This document shows positions 36,151 to 48,560 of a DNA stretch of 64,000 bases, piece after piece (the first letter of the stretch is position 1; each line of letters starts with the position of its first letter). A program made the translations under genes and the position numbers. The notes below the pieces were generated by a model. It was not told the DNA's origin. It ran no database searches and saw only the letters and a list, made by a program, of their open reading frames with translations. Origin of the DNA: Octopus sinensis (Eukaryota); the NCBI RefSeq assembly GCF_006345805.1, contig NC_043011.1:3410001-3474000 (forward strand). The letters run 5' to 3'.

Positions 36151-38374
36151 AGAAAAAGAAAAACAATGAAACTGAACTATTGGTGGATAGCTTAAAATTG
36201 GATAACAGGATGCTTCATTGATGACTGCAGTATGAAACTTAAGTCTTCTTGTGAAGGGCTACAGTGTGATGTTTTGATATATGCTGTTTCTCATGAAAAT
36301 AAAGGCAGGAGTTATGTATCTTGGACTGCCCCTTGAATATAGCCCAAGTAATTCTGAACAGAGCATTTCCTGATCCACAAGTTTGCAGATAAAACAGGAC
36401 AGGAAGGTATAATTTTTCTAGTTTCTAAACCTAAAGGAGTACGTGTGTTAAATGAACCTTGCATTGAAGTCACTGTCTGTGAGTATTACGAAATTCTTTG
36501 GAATGCTTTCAGATGGAGTGAAAGTCATGCTATAAATCACTGCCTCAGAAAAGCAGAACCCTTTCATTGGAGTAAAGGATTGATTTCAGTGGTTGAGATA
36601 GGGACTGCATAGTTGTACATTTTTGTCAGTTGTAGCTTGTGATGTTGGAACAGATATTGTCTAGACAGTAGTAACTAACTTTAGTGTTATGCACATTACA
36701 AAGTCTGTGTGGTTGAAAAATGGTGTTTCATGAAGAATGAGTATTTTATAGATCAACTGAGGGATTGCACCAACTTATATTCTTCCTAACCCTCTTCAAG
36801 TTAAGAACAGAGGATGTTTTTATGTGTGCTAACTTCTCTCTAATGTTGATTCTGGCAAACAGGTTGTAATGGGATGTGGCTTTATTAAGATATCATCTGA
36901 GAATAAATAAAATAGTCTTCAGCTACTCCCATCGACTAACTTCTTAATTTTATGACGATTTACGGTCTCCTCATTAGGCTTCCAGAAGGCCCATGTTGTT
37001 TAAGACTTGTGTTGTTTTAAGATGTGTAATAAACAGTTGAACAAATAGAGCTGAATAAAATAAATACCTTATTGAAATTTGTACTGAAATCGATATGAAT
37101 GAGTAAATCTGTGAAGGGGGACATCCTAGCAAAGTTCAACAGCCAAAAAAGTATAGGCGTGTGGTGTGTGTGTGTTTGTCCCTCACCACCACTCGACAAC
37201 TAGTGCTGGTGTGTTTCTGTTCCTGTAACTTAACAATTTGGCAAAGGAGACCAACAGAATAAGTACCAGGCTTTCTGAAATAAGTACTGGGGTTGATTCG
37301 GGTGACTAAAAAATTCTCCTAGGCTGCAATCTAATGACTGAAACAAGTAAAAAAAAAATAAGAGAAAAAGAAAAACAATGAAACTGAACTATTGGTGGAT
37401 AGCTTAAAATTGGATAACAGGATGCTTCATTGATGACTGCAGTATGAAACTTAAGTCTTCTTGTGAAGGGCTACAGTGTGATGTTTTGATATATGCTGTT
37501 TCTCATGAAAATAAAGGCAGGAGTTATGTATCTTGGACTGCCCCTTGAATATAGCCCAAGTAATTCTGAACAGAGCATTTCCTGATCCACAAGTTTGCAG
37601 ATAAAACAGGACAGGAAGGTATAATTTTTCTAGTTTCTAACCTAAAGGAGTACGTGTGTTAAATGAACCTTGCATTGAAGTCACTGTCTGTGAGTATTAC
37701 GAAATTCTTTGGAATGCTTTCAGATGGAGTGAAAGTCATGCTATAAATCACTGCCTCAGAAAAGCAGAACCCTTTCATTGGAGTAAAGGATTGATTTCAG
37801 TGGTTGAGATAGGGACTGCATAGTTGTACATTTTTGTCAGTTGTAGCTTGTGATGTTGGAACAGATATTGTCTAGACAGTAGTAACTAACTTTAGTGTTA
37901 TGCACATTACAAAGTCTGTGTGGTTGAAAAATGGTGTTTCATGAAGAATGAGTATTTTATAGATCAACTGAGGGATTGCACCAACTTATATTCTTCCTAA
38001 CCCTCTTCAAGTTAAGAACAGAGGATGTTTTTATGTGTGCTAACTTCTCTCTAATGTTGATTCTGGCAAACAGGTTGTAATGGGATGTGGCTTTATTAAG
38101 ATATCATCTGAGAATAAATAAAATAGTCTTCAGCTACTCCCATCGACTAACTTCTTAATTTTATGACGATTTACGGTCTCCTCATTAGGCTTCCAGAAGG
38201 CCCATGTTGTTTAAGACTTGTGTTGTTTTAAGATGTGTAATAAACAGTTGAACAAATAGAGCTGAATAAAATAAATACCTTATTGAAATTTGTACTGAAA
38301 TCGATATGAATGAGTAAATCTGTGAAGGGGGACATCCTAGCAAAGTTCAACAGCCAAAAAAGTATAGGCGTGTG
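35955..38374. repeat. Tandem duplication of about 1.21 kb
   Basis: Offset 1212/1211 bp; the only difference seen is a 1-nt indel (CTAAACC vs CTAACC); junctions lie in (GT)n tracts. Confidence 0.95.
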
Positions 38375-38474
38375 TGTGTGTGTGTGTGTGTGTGTGTTGC
38401 TTAATGTTGAATGAATGAGAAACAAGTGCTCAGTATATGTTGCAGAGGATATAGATTTTATGGCTTCAGCTTCA

Positions 38475-38512
<38 letters not shown>

Positions 38513-39364
38513 TACATAATATACATACACATATATGTATGCATATATATATACATATATGTACATATATATATACACATATATGGAATTTTCATCCAGT
38601 TGTATTAAAAACATGACTATGTTGAATCTTGTTCCCTTTTATACAGATTTTTCATATTTCTGCTGCTACTTCTTTATGTTTAGAACCATATGTTTGAAAT
38701 TTTCATAATCTTGTCTTTAAAATAAGCTATTCTAATGACATGCTGTCTGTGCATTCTACAATAAGTTGTAAAGGATCCTGGCAATAATTTTGTAATTGTT
38801 AAAATCAATAATACTAGATTTAAAATCACATAATAGCAAATTCTGAAAGATTTCACATCATGATATGTTTTATGTGTTGATGCATCTGTGTTTTCAAATG
38901 AGGTTTGTATTTTGCCATTAGTAAAGCTTCCATAATTATTCTCATTTAGTGTAGAATTCTATAGAAAATTGTACTGCTGCCAAGTTGTGTTCTCAATTCA
39001 TTTTTTAGAGTATACTGCATTATAATGAGTTACAATGGCTTCTTGTTGCAAATTCTAGGTCAGTCAATGAGAAAGTGCTGAACTTCTGCGTTTGATGTAA
39101 CAGTTTGATCGTGAAGTTTATAACTTTTATGGTTATATTGAAATTTGCATATTAAATTGGTTGTCTGAAATTTATTTCAAAAATGAGATTGTGAAAGTCT
39201 CAAAATGTCAGTATGATATTTAGGAACATTACTTATAGTTACAAATCAAATATAAAGGATTATTAAAGAAATATGAAAAATCCTGAATAAAAAAGATCAA
39301 ACTTGAATATAGTCATGTTTTAAATATAAGATGTTGAAAGAAAATCTATTTTCTATTTACACAT

Positions 39365-39379
39365 ATGTATGTGTGTGCA

Positions 39380-39446
<67 letters not shown>

Positions 39447-39460
39447 GTGCACGTGTGTAG
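39365..39460. repeat. (GT)n microsatellite
   Basis: Direct observation. Confidence 0.9.
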
Positions 39461-40606
39461 AAAAATGTATGAGAGTGAAGAAATATTGTCACTCTAGGAT
39501 CAATCTTGAAAAATACCAGAGAGCCCAGTTTGAAGAAGAAATAATGATAGAAGAAATGTAACTATAAAGCAAATCTTATGTCACTATGAAATGAGATTTC
39601 CATTGTAGATGGAACTGAAGTAGAGAAACAAGAAAAAGGAAAAGAAACTCTGAGAATTCTATCAACAAGGAATAAAAGCTTTATTCAAATTGGTTTCAAA
39701 CACAACCACAAAACTAACTGAATGAGATATTGTTGGCAGATTGAGTGAAGTACAAGCTACAACAGCAGAATAGTTGCATAATATTATTGATTCAACAGGG
39801 AAATAGTTGTTTAGAGTATAAGGCTGCTGTCTGATAGACAGATGCCTTTCATTTGTCATCTGTGTTTTAGTTGCTTATATTCAAGTTGTACGTATCTAAT
39901 GTGTCCTCTTCCTTTATGATTGTGAAGTGTGATTTGAAGGTGATTTGGTTGTTATTTCTTGCAGATTAGTTGACCATACAGACGTTCCCTAGTAGAATAT
40001 GCTGCTGATATTTAACTCCAGGTCACCCCTGCAAGACAAATCTTTAATCAAAAGCACAACCATTTTGTAATGCTTAATAATATTTCAGAAAGTTTTAAGA
40101 TAGTGGAGTACAATAGGGTAAAAATTTAACTGCTATTTCTAGCAGGTTGAGTAGACATGTAGAATCTCCTTGATTGGTTTTTATCTATATGGTTGAAATC
40201 TAGTGTTTTCAGAGATTCAGAAGTAGCATTATATTCTCAAGTCAATAGGTGTCAATGAAAAATACAATTTCTTTGATAAAATTTTGGTTATGTGGGGTAT
40301 TTAATGTTGCCAGTAGTGTTTGTCAAAGACAGACCAAGCGTGTGTTGGAAGTATTTTTTGGTTAGAGGCACAATTTTTGGTTAGTGTTTATGAGAATTGG
40401 AAACAGAACTATAAAAGATTATACTGTAGTTCCGTTTCCTTGACACATTTACCATTTGAGCTGTGTTGACATGAATGTATTAGCAGTTACTACGCTCTGT
40501 TGATAGGATATTTTTTTCCATAAAAGGATAATAAACTTCAAATTACGGAGATGTACTTGCATAGCAAGTGACTTGATCTGAGATCGTGTGATGGAACGAA
40601 AACAAT

Positions 40607-40881
40607 TGCAGTGTGGAAGGTGTTTATAAGCCATTTAAGAAACACACAAAACCGTTAGATTCATTTCAACATTTAAATTTAATTTGTCAAAATATTTTCA
40701 TCGGTTTGAGACCGCGACATGTTCACTGACAAAGCTGTAATGCAGCACGAAGTTTTGTCCGTGAACAGGTCGCGGTCTCAAAGCGACGAAAATATTTTGA
40801 CAAATTAAATTTAAATGTTGAAGTGAATCGAACAGCTTTTGTGTGTTTCTTAAATGGCTTATAAACACCTTCCATGCTGCA
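40607..40881. repeat. Fold-back inverted repeat, arms about 128 bp, loop about 18 nt
   Basis: 40607-40734 is complementary to 40753-40881; same family as 22098-22260. Confidence 0.92.
40754..40804 (+). ncRNA. Minimal type-I hammerhead candidate, G3-C8 core variant with one extra nt after A9
   Basis: UUUGUC(C) GUGAACA G GUCGC ggucucaaa GCGAC GAAA AUAU UU UGACAAA; mirror copy on the minus strand at 40683-40733. Confidence 0.6.
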
Positions 40882-41235
40882 AACTTCAAATTTTTCTTAG
40901 AAAAACTGAATTTAGTTCTGTAGTGTTCATAGATTGGTATGATCTAGTTTTCATTTAGACATCTGTTCTGCAATCACATAATTTCTGGTTTGGTCTCATG
41001 AATTGTTGTGCAAGCAGAAAACCAACTGAGTTCATTCCAAATATGCTTCATACATATTAGCATTCTCATGCCTCAGGTTCATCATTACCTTTGTGAATTT
41101 GATATAGGAAAACTATACAGAAGCCCACTATGAATGTGTGTGTGTGTATGTACGTGTGCGTGCACACGTGCATGCATGCATGTGTGTGCTTGCATATGCA
41201 TGTGTACATGTGTGTGTGTTTCCTAATATACACCA

Positions 41236-41941
41236 CCATTGAGGACACCCATTGTCCTCAATGGTGATATTCTTGAAGAGGTTGAGAGTTTCAAATACCT
41301 TGGCGCCATCATTACAGCTACAGGTCAAGGTGAGGCTGACATTAAAACACAAATTGACCTCGCTCACCAAGCCTTCAACCGACTCAGTGCACAACTCTGG
41401 TCAAAGTACGTATCTACTAAGCACTAGTGCGAATGATTCTCCTTTATGGCAGCGAGTCATGGCCAATGAGAGTGGAAGATATTATGTGACTAGAATCCTT
41501 CAATCACCTCTGTCTATGCCACATCCTTCGTGTCCGATGGCATCACTTTGTCTCCAACAATTTGGTGTGACACCAGTGCAGAATCACCTCCCTCCGACAA
41601 GTCATCCTAACGAGACATCTGCGTTGGCTGGGTCATGCTCTCCGTTGTCAACAGGAGAATTCATCTACAAAGCAATTGCCCCAGCTCCCCTTCAGGGTTA
41701 GCAAAAGCGATGTGGTGGACAACGGAAAACCTGGCTGATGACAGTCAAGGCTGATCTGGAACCCAACCTAGGGCCCCATATCTATGGCGTTCGCCGCTGG
41801 AATAAGGAGTGGTTGGAGATCACGCGGTCGTTAGCCTCAAATCGCCAGGCCTAGTCGGCATTTGTGAGAGATGCAGCATTGAGGATGAATTAAGCCAGCT
41901 CAACCCACCCCGGGTGAATGCTGTAAAAGAAGAAGAAGAAG
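41236..41941 (+). mobile_element. RTE-clade LINE, 5'-truncated, 11-bp TSD, (GAA)n tail
   Basis: LNGDILEEVESFKYLGAII..AFNRL; TSD AATATACACCA at 41225-41235 and 41942-41952. Confidence 0.9.
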
Positions 41942-42169
41942 AATATACACCAGCAAAGACATGAAAAACTGGCATTCTTCAAATGAAGTCGCTTGCAATA
42001 TTTGCTTTATATCAAGCTATAGACTCCTTTGTCACTCTTCTGATTGGAAAAAATAAAAGCAATATTGCAGTGAATGGCTTTCATTGGAAACTGAAACCAA
42101 CGATGCTATAATATTATTCATGAATTGTAATATACATAAATAAATATAAGTAGAAGTGAACTGTGAAAG

Positions 42170-42940
42170 GGCTAAAATTAGTAATGATAAAGTTAGTGTG
42201 CATACAAGACAGAGTGTAATCTCCCTGAGAGAAAACTTGGATATAAGAGGCATCAGATGTGGTATATAAGAGAGATGACTGTGCTAATATGGTCATGTGT
42301 TACGTATGGATAAGGACAGCTGTGTGAAGTAGTGTCACACCCTAACAGTGGAGGGAAGCTGTGGAAGAGGTAGACCCAGGAAGACATGACATGAGATGGG
42401 GAAACCTGACCTTCGAATGTTGGACCTCACAGAGGCAGTGAAAAGTGCCAGAGACCTTTGGAGATATGCTGTGCTCAGAGAAGACCTGGCAAGCCAAGTG
42501 AGATCAAAGCTATGGCCTATGCCAGTGTTGCATAACCAGCCCATTTAAGAGTTCCTTTCAACCTGTTGATTCAATTGAAATTGTTGTTGTGGCCGATGCC
42601 AGTCAGGCAGTACTGGCACCCATGCTGGAGGCACATAAAAAGTACCATTCGAGCATGTTCAATGCCAGTGCCACCGGATTGGCTTCTGTGCTGTTGGCAC
42701 ATTAAAAGCACCATATGAGCATGGCCAATGCTAATGTCACCTGACTGGCTCCCATGCTGGTGGTATGTGAAAAGCACAATTCAAATTTGGTCAATGCCAG
42801 TGCCACCTGACTGACTCCCGTGCCAGTGGCACATAAAAAGCACCTACTACACTTTCGGAGTGGTTGGCATTAGGAAGGGCATTCAGCTGTAGAAACTTTG
42901 CCAGATTAGATTGGAGCCTGGTGCAGCGATGATGATGACT
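42170..42940 (+). mobile_element. Older copy of the 2128-5498 RTE family (C-terminus + repetitive 3'UTR)
   Basis: VSVHTRQSVISLRE..GRGRPRKT, the same GGCACATAAAAAGCACC UTR repeats and a GATGATGA end. Confidence 0.85.
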
Positions 42941-42941
42941 G

Positions 42942-43000
42942 GTAGTGGTGGTGGTGGTGGTGGTGGTGGTGGTGGTGGTGGTGGAGGAGGAGGAGCAGGA
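42942..43000. repeat. (GGT)n/(GGA)n tract
   Basis: Direct observation. Confidence 0.9.
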
Positions 43001-43864
43001 GGATATGCTGTGTTATTATGTATAGGCCATGAAATTTTTAATTCCCCGGCAATAAAGGCTTTACAGTTTGAAAGTATAGTTGTTGTTATTTTATTGCTGT
43101 CATGCCCTGGGTATCCTTTGCTTGCATGGAAACTATGATCAAAGATATTCCTTCCATGACTATCACTTCTTTTTGGAGGTGTGTAGGATTATGTTATTGT
43201 TTATTTAAGCTAATAAGCTATGATTTAAGAGACCGTAACTGTTATTTTTAGCAGGTCATCTCTGTTTATAGAAGCTTCCGCATTTTCACATGAAGGGAAT
43301 AGCAATTGCTAGCAGAAACAGCAGATATTATTTGATGCTGCTAGCTTCAGTAAAACTGTGAGAGGGAAACAAGATTATGGGCCTTTGCTTTTTCAATTAA
43401 GGTCTACTTTCTCATGGTTTAGCAGCAATTCCATTAAATTTGCAGAAACATAAAATGACTATTAAATAAGAAAACAGTTGTTATAACATAGGGTATATGA
43501 GATAGATGCCATGGAATTTGCCCAATAATTTATATCTCTTACACCTCGCTGCTTCACTTAACAGATATGTTTACCAAAATTTATGACCATTTAAAACACA
43601 ATTCTTGCTATTAGCTATTGTCTTCCTAGTTAAATCCCTATATCAATATTTGATAATAATGTTGAGGATGATGAGGAAGATGATGATGACAACTTCAGTA
43701 ATATTTCCATCATAGTATTTCTCTACCATTATATTTCTTCAACAAGGAACATTGGCAGCATAGACAGGAAAGAATATATAAATAGATGAATTAATTAATG
43801 TTTATGAATGCTTATGCATTGAGTGTATGTGTGTGTGCGTGTGTGTGCGTGTGTGTGTCTGTGC

Positions 43865-43904
<40 letters not shown>

Positions 43905-43942
43905 AATATACAATAGCAATATTTGTTGAAGGCTTCCTTTAA

Positions 43943-44164
43943 CCCTTTAGTGTTCGCATTATTCTGCGAAACTTAATGCTTCTTCATCCACTTTGTTTTG
44001 AACTAATGATTCATTAATCTTGTAGCTATGAGATTTTGATGAGGTAGCTGTTAATTTTTTAAACAATATTGTAGGGTTGGTGTGAGAGACCAGATAGGGC
44101 TAGTTTGAACATAAAACAGGTAGAATATTTTGGGCTGGATATGACCAGTTTAAATGCTAAAGGG
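43943..44164. mobile_element. piggyBac-type MITE
   Basis: TTAA|CCCTTTAG ... CTAAAGGG|TTAA: TTAA TSD and CCC-starting TIR. Confidence 0.85.
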
Positions 44165-44689
44165 TTAAAAGTTCTTAGAAAACATATATTGAGATTTACA
44201 TACATTTTACTATTACACGATCAAACATATTTCCACATCATCATTATCATCGCAGCCATTGTCGTTGTTGTTCTCCACACCATCATCATCATCAGTGACA
44301 TTATTATCACCTTCAAACATCAGCCTGGCTCAAGTATGGACCAGGTGCATCTTATCATGTCACTAGCTTATTAAAATGCAACCAGTGAATGATGTAATGT
44401 GAGTCATCTGTTGTGAGTAGTCATCTGTTGTGAATGGCAAGGATTAATTGTCCTTGCTACTTTGTATCATTTTTTTAAAATTTGGAGTTACAACTATCTT
44501 ACTACAAGCCACATCATAAGTTACCTGTGATGTGGCTTGCAGTACAGTATCCATGCTTTCTCTTATCTCTTCCTTAACTTATATTTAAGTTTTTTGCAAA
44601 TAAACTCTTTTTGTCCCCACTTGGTTTATTGTGTCACAGACACTAGAGATTACTCAGGCCAAGACTAAGATCTTCACTTCTACCCTGTA

Positions 44690-44690
44690 T

Positions 44691-44725
<35 letters not shown>

Positions 44726-44885
44726 TATCACTATTTAACAACCATCTTCCATCCTGGCATGACTTAGGCAGTCCAACAAGATGTGATGAGTCGGCTGCCT
44801 GCAGAATGCTCCAATATCTGCTTTGGCATGGTTGCTATGACAAGATACAATTAATGTCAACCACTCTACAGAGTGAACTGGATGC
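44690..44885 (-). mobile_element. Diverged RTE-related 3'UTR fragment with (GAT)n tail
   Basis: (CAT)n run followed by sequence resembling 2148-2300. Confidence 0.55.
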
Positions 44886-44940
44886 TTTACTTTCTCTTTT
44901 TTTTTTTTTTTTGTGGTATCAGCACTGTGATACCCCACCT

Positions 44941-45159
44941 CTGTGGTTTTCAACCAGGGTTCTGCGGAACGTTAGGGTTCCGCCAGTACAGTCCAGGGTT
45001 TCTGCAAGGAGTTACAAAAATGCTTAAATCGACAGTAATTTTTAATTCTCCTGTGAAGATATGTGTGCATAAGACAATTAAATTATTGCACAGGGGTTCC
45101 TCGAGCCAGTGGAACGTTTCCTTGGGGTTCCGCTTCAGCAAAAAGTTTGAAAAGCACTG
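44941..45159. mobile_element. hAT-type MITE with perfect 8-bp TSD
   Basis: TSD CCCCACCT at 44933-44940 and 45160-45167; TIRs CTGTGGTTTTCAACC / GTTTGAAAAGCACTG. Confidence 0.9.
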
Positions 45160-45542
45160 CCCCACCTCAACTGAGTGAGAGTATAGTAGAGAAAGAGGCA
45201 GCTTTATGAAAGGAGTGACAGAAACAGGATTTTTGTGATAGGGTAGATGCAGGACACCCCACATTATATATCAGTGGATGGGAGTAATCGTGCTGGGACT
45301 GAACAGAGAGAGATAAAAAAAGGTGGTGACAGAGTGTCTGAGTGTCTCCTTAAGACACACAAGAAAAGTAAATAGAAGAGTGTGGGGAGTAGGGACACAA
45401 GATCAGAAAGAGTGAAAGGGTACAAGTTGCAAGAATGCGTCAGGTGAGTTAGAGCTGGAGTTAAGAGTGAAAGTTGTGAATAATGTGCAAGAGTGAATGT
45501 GAGTTGGAGGGAAGATGATAATAATGGGAAGTGGATGTCAAT

Positions 45543-45867
45543 GGAGAGTGAGGCTCACCAATGGAGAAGTTGTTAAGCAGATCAGGCCGAAAGTGTCGCT
45601 AGAAGCTAGGATCACCAAGCATAGATTGGCATATTTTGGTCATATTAGGCGAAGAAAATCCCTGGAGAAGGACATCATGCTCGGAATGGTCAGTGGCAAG
45701 AGAGGAAGAGGCCGACCAAGAACCCGCTGGCTTGACACCATCAAGAGTGATACCGGAATGGACATAGCCAATCTGAAAGAAGCGGCCCAGGATAGAACTG
45801 ACTGGAGGACACTGATCCAACGAGTGACCGAGAGTCGACTTTGACTGAGCGGATAGAGAGAGAGAGA
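45543..45867 (+). mobile_element. RTE (BovB-like) LINE 3' fragment with 10-bp TSD and (AG)n tail
   Basis: RLAYFGHI..LEKDIMLG.VSGKRGRGRPRTRWLD; TSD GGATGTCAAT at 45533-45542 and 45868-45877. Confidence 0.9.
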
Positions 45868-46530
45868 GGATGTCAATAAAAGTTGCTCAGAGAAATGGAG
45901 GCGATTGATGACTGGCAGTTCAGAAAGAGAGAAGAGCAGAATGATATTAATATAGTATATAGAGTAAAGATGGGAGATAGGGAACTGACAGTTTGGGGCT
46001 GGTTGGGTGGGTAAAACTTACAAGTGTGTGGGGTGAATAAGAGATGTATAGTGACAGCAATGTAGGTGATCAGATGTAAATAGGGATGAGTAATTAGAAG
46101 GCAGTTCAGAGGAGAAGAAGAGATAACTTATAACACAAAAAAATTGGTTCCACATTTTCAGAAGGGGGATCAATGGGAAATGTGAATAGGGGAAGGATTA
46201 TGTCAAGAATTAAGGTTGGATGCGTAAAGGAAGTTCTTCCAGGAAGTGGAGTAGATAACTGGTAGCACAAAAAAGGATGAAATCTAATTCTGCTCTCATT
46301 TAATTACAGCAGCAGAACAGAGCAGTAGCTAGGAGAGTGATGTGTGTATGGCTGTTTGTTTGTGAGTCTCTGTGCGTGCGCATGTGTGTGTGTGTGTGCA
46401 CACGTGTGCACATGTGCATAGGTGCGTGTGTCTGCATGCATATATTTATGTATGAAAACGCATTCAACATTTATTATGGTGCTGAATCTTCAAGTTATAT
46501 AGAACTGAGCCCTGTTGATATATATATATA

Positions 46531-46749
46531 AGGAGAGCTGGCAGAAACGTTAGCACGCCGGGCGAAATGCGTAGCCGTATTTCGTCTGCCGTTACGATCT
46601 GAGTTCAAATTCTGCTGAGGTCGACTTTGCCTTTCATCCTTTCGGGGTCGATAAATTAAGTACCAGTTACGCACTGGGGTCGATGTAATCGACTTAATCC
46701 GTTTGTCTGTCTTCTCTGTGTTTAGCCCCTTGTGGGTAGTAAAGAAATA
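46531..46749 (+). mobile_element. SINE family B, young full-length copy
   Basis: GAGCTGGCAGAAACGTTAGCA head, conserved core, AAAGAAATA end. Confidence 0.92.
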
Positions 46750-48195
46750 TACACACACACACACACACACACACAAATGCACACACACACACATATATAT
46801 AGATACACACAGATGTATATATGCACATACATACATATACATAATAGACATCATTATGCTCCTCATTATTTCTTAGCATTTCCTGTATGAAGCTGTAGGA
46901 TTTTAAACTTTTGTGGAGAGAAGGCTCCATAACAATTCTCGATGATTCTTTAATGAAAGACAGAAAAAGTCACTTCAATCCTCACTGCAAAGCCTCCAAA
47001 GATTTTTGGTCTATGCCTGAATTCTCTTTTCATAGCAAAACGAAGTGTGTGTGTGTGTGTGCTTTCATACATAAAATGCATAATGAAGAGAGAGTGAGGT
47101 GCCTTTTATATATGAATTTCTTTGTTGATTGCTAAGTATAGCCTTAATTACAATCAAAGTGGTCTGTTTTGATTGAAATGGGAGCAATCTGTAAAAGCTG
47201 CTGTAAACAGGCTTCTCCCTCTTTCATAACTACAAACAGGATCAGAGAGTCAAAAACTGAGCTTTTGTGTGATCATTTGTTCTGCGCCAAAATAGTACCA
47301 AAATCTCTCCTGTACGATTTCAAAACAGAGAGTACATATTGAAGAAGCTCTAGATATACAAAAGATCATTGGTTCATGCTTAAAATGTCTTTGTAGACCT
47401 GTTTGATTAGATTGACTTGCAGCTAAACAAAAAACAGAAACAGCAACAACCAAGATCAAAAGCAAAATGTCAGGTAATTTTTGTGTAAAAGTTATTATCA
47501 TGGCTGTGTGGTTGAGAAACAGGCTTCTCAACAGAATTCCATTGCATGACTACTATGAAATGTGTCTTCTACTATAACCTTGGCTAGACCAATGCCTCAT
47601 AAGAGGAATTTGGTTGCCACCATCATATATGCACACAAACACACACACACGTGCGCGTGCGCAGGCACACACATACACACACACACACAAACAATTAAAC
47701 AAGTGTGTTTGTTTTTTTTTGTCTTCACATTCACGCAGCTTAAGCAGCTGAAATGTTGGGTTAATTCCTCCATTAATAAAAAGGTTGGCTTTTCAGTGTC
47801 TTGCTGGGAAGTGAGAGCAGTGGAATAAATTAATGACTTGAAACCAAATGAGGCTTGGCCAAAGAATGGGCATCCAATAATAGAATATTACATGAGTAAA
47901 TCTAATCCAACTTGTGCTAGTATAGAACCAACAAGGGTAACAGTGATGTTGGTATTGGTGATGGTGGTGGTGGTGATGGTTGTGATGATGATGGTGGTAG
48001 TGGTGGTGGTTGTGGTGGTGGTGGAAAATCTAGGAATGATGACAATCATAATGGTGATGAGGCTGTTAGTACTGTTGCTGCTTAAGAGAAAGTAGCACCA
48101 AAATTAGAAGATAGATGATTTTATAATGGATTTAATGCATCAATCTATGAAGGTGCTTATGTACTTTTACACAGCAAGGAAACAAAATAAGATAT

Positions 48196-48309
48196 ATGTA
48201 TATAATCACATATATATATTTATATATATATATATATACCTACAAATACTTATATAAGTTATGTATGTATGTGTATATGTATGTATTATGTATGTGTGTG
48301 TACATACAT

Positions 48310-48365
<56 letters not shown>

Positions 48366-48560
48366 CATACATACACATATACACATATGTGCAAATATAT
48401 ATATATATATATATATATACATACATACATACACATATACACATATGTGCAAATATATATATATATATATATATACAAATACATACACATATACACACAT
48501 GTGCAAATGTATATATATACATATACATGAATGTATTTACACACACATACACGTTCACAT
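48196..48560. repeat. Compound microsatellite with a three-copy unit of about 55 bp
   Basis: CACATATACACATATGTGCAAATATATAT recurs near 48375, 48432 and 48486. Confidence 0.85.

Noticed and set aside
36170-37130. Possible APE-domain relic inside the duplicated unit (DFNA-like trace)
   Set aside because: Too decayed to support by eye.
47250-47531. 93-aa minus-strand ORF with a good acceptor-like site
   Set aside because: No recognisable domain, donor site or partner exon.
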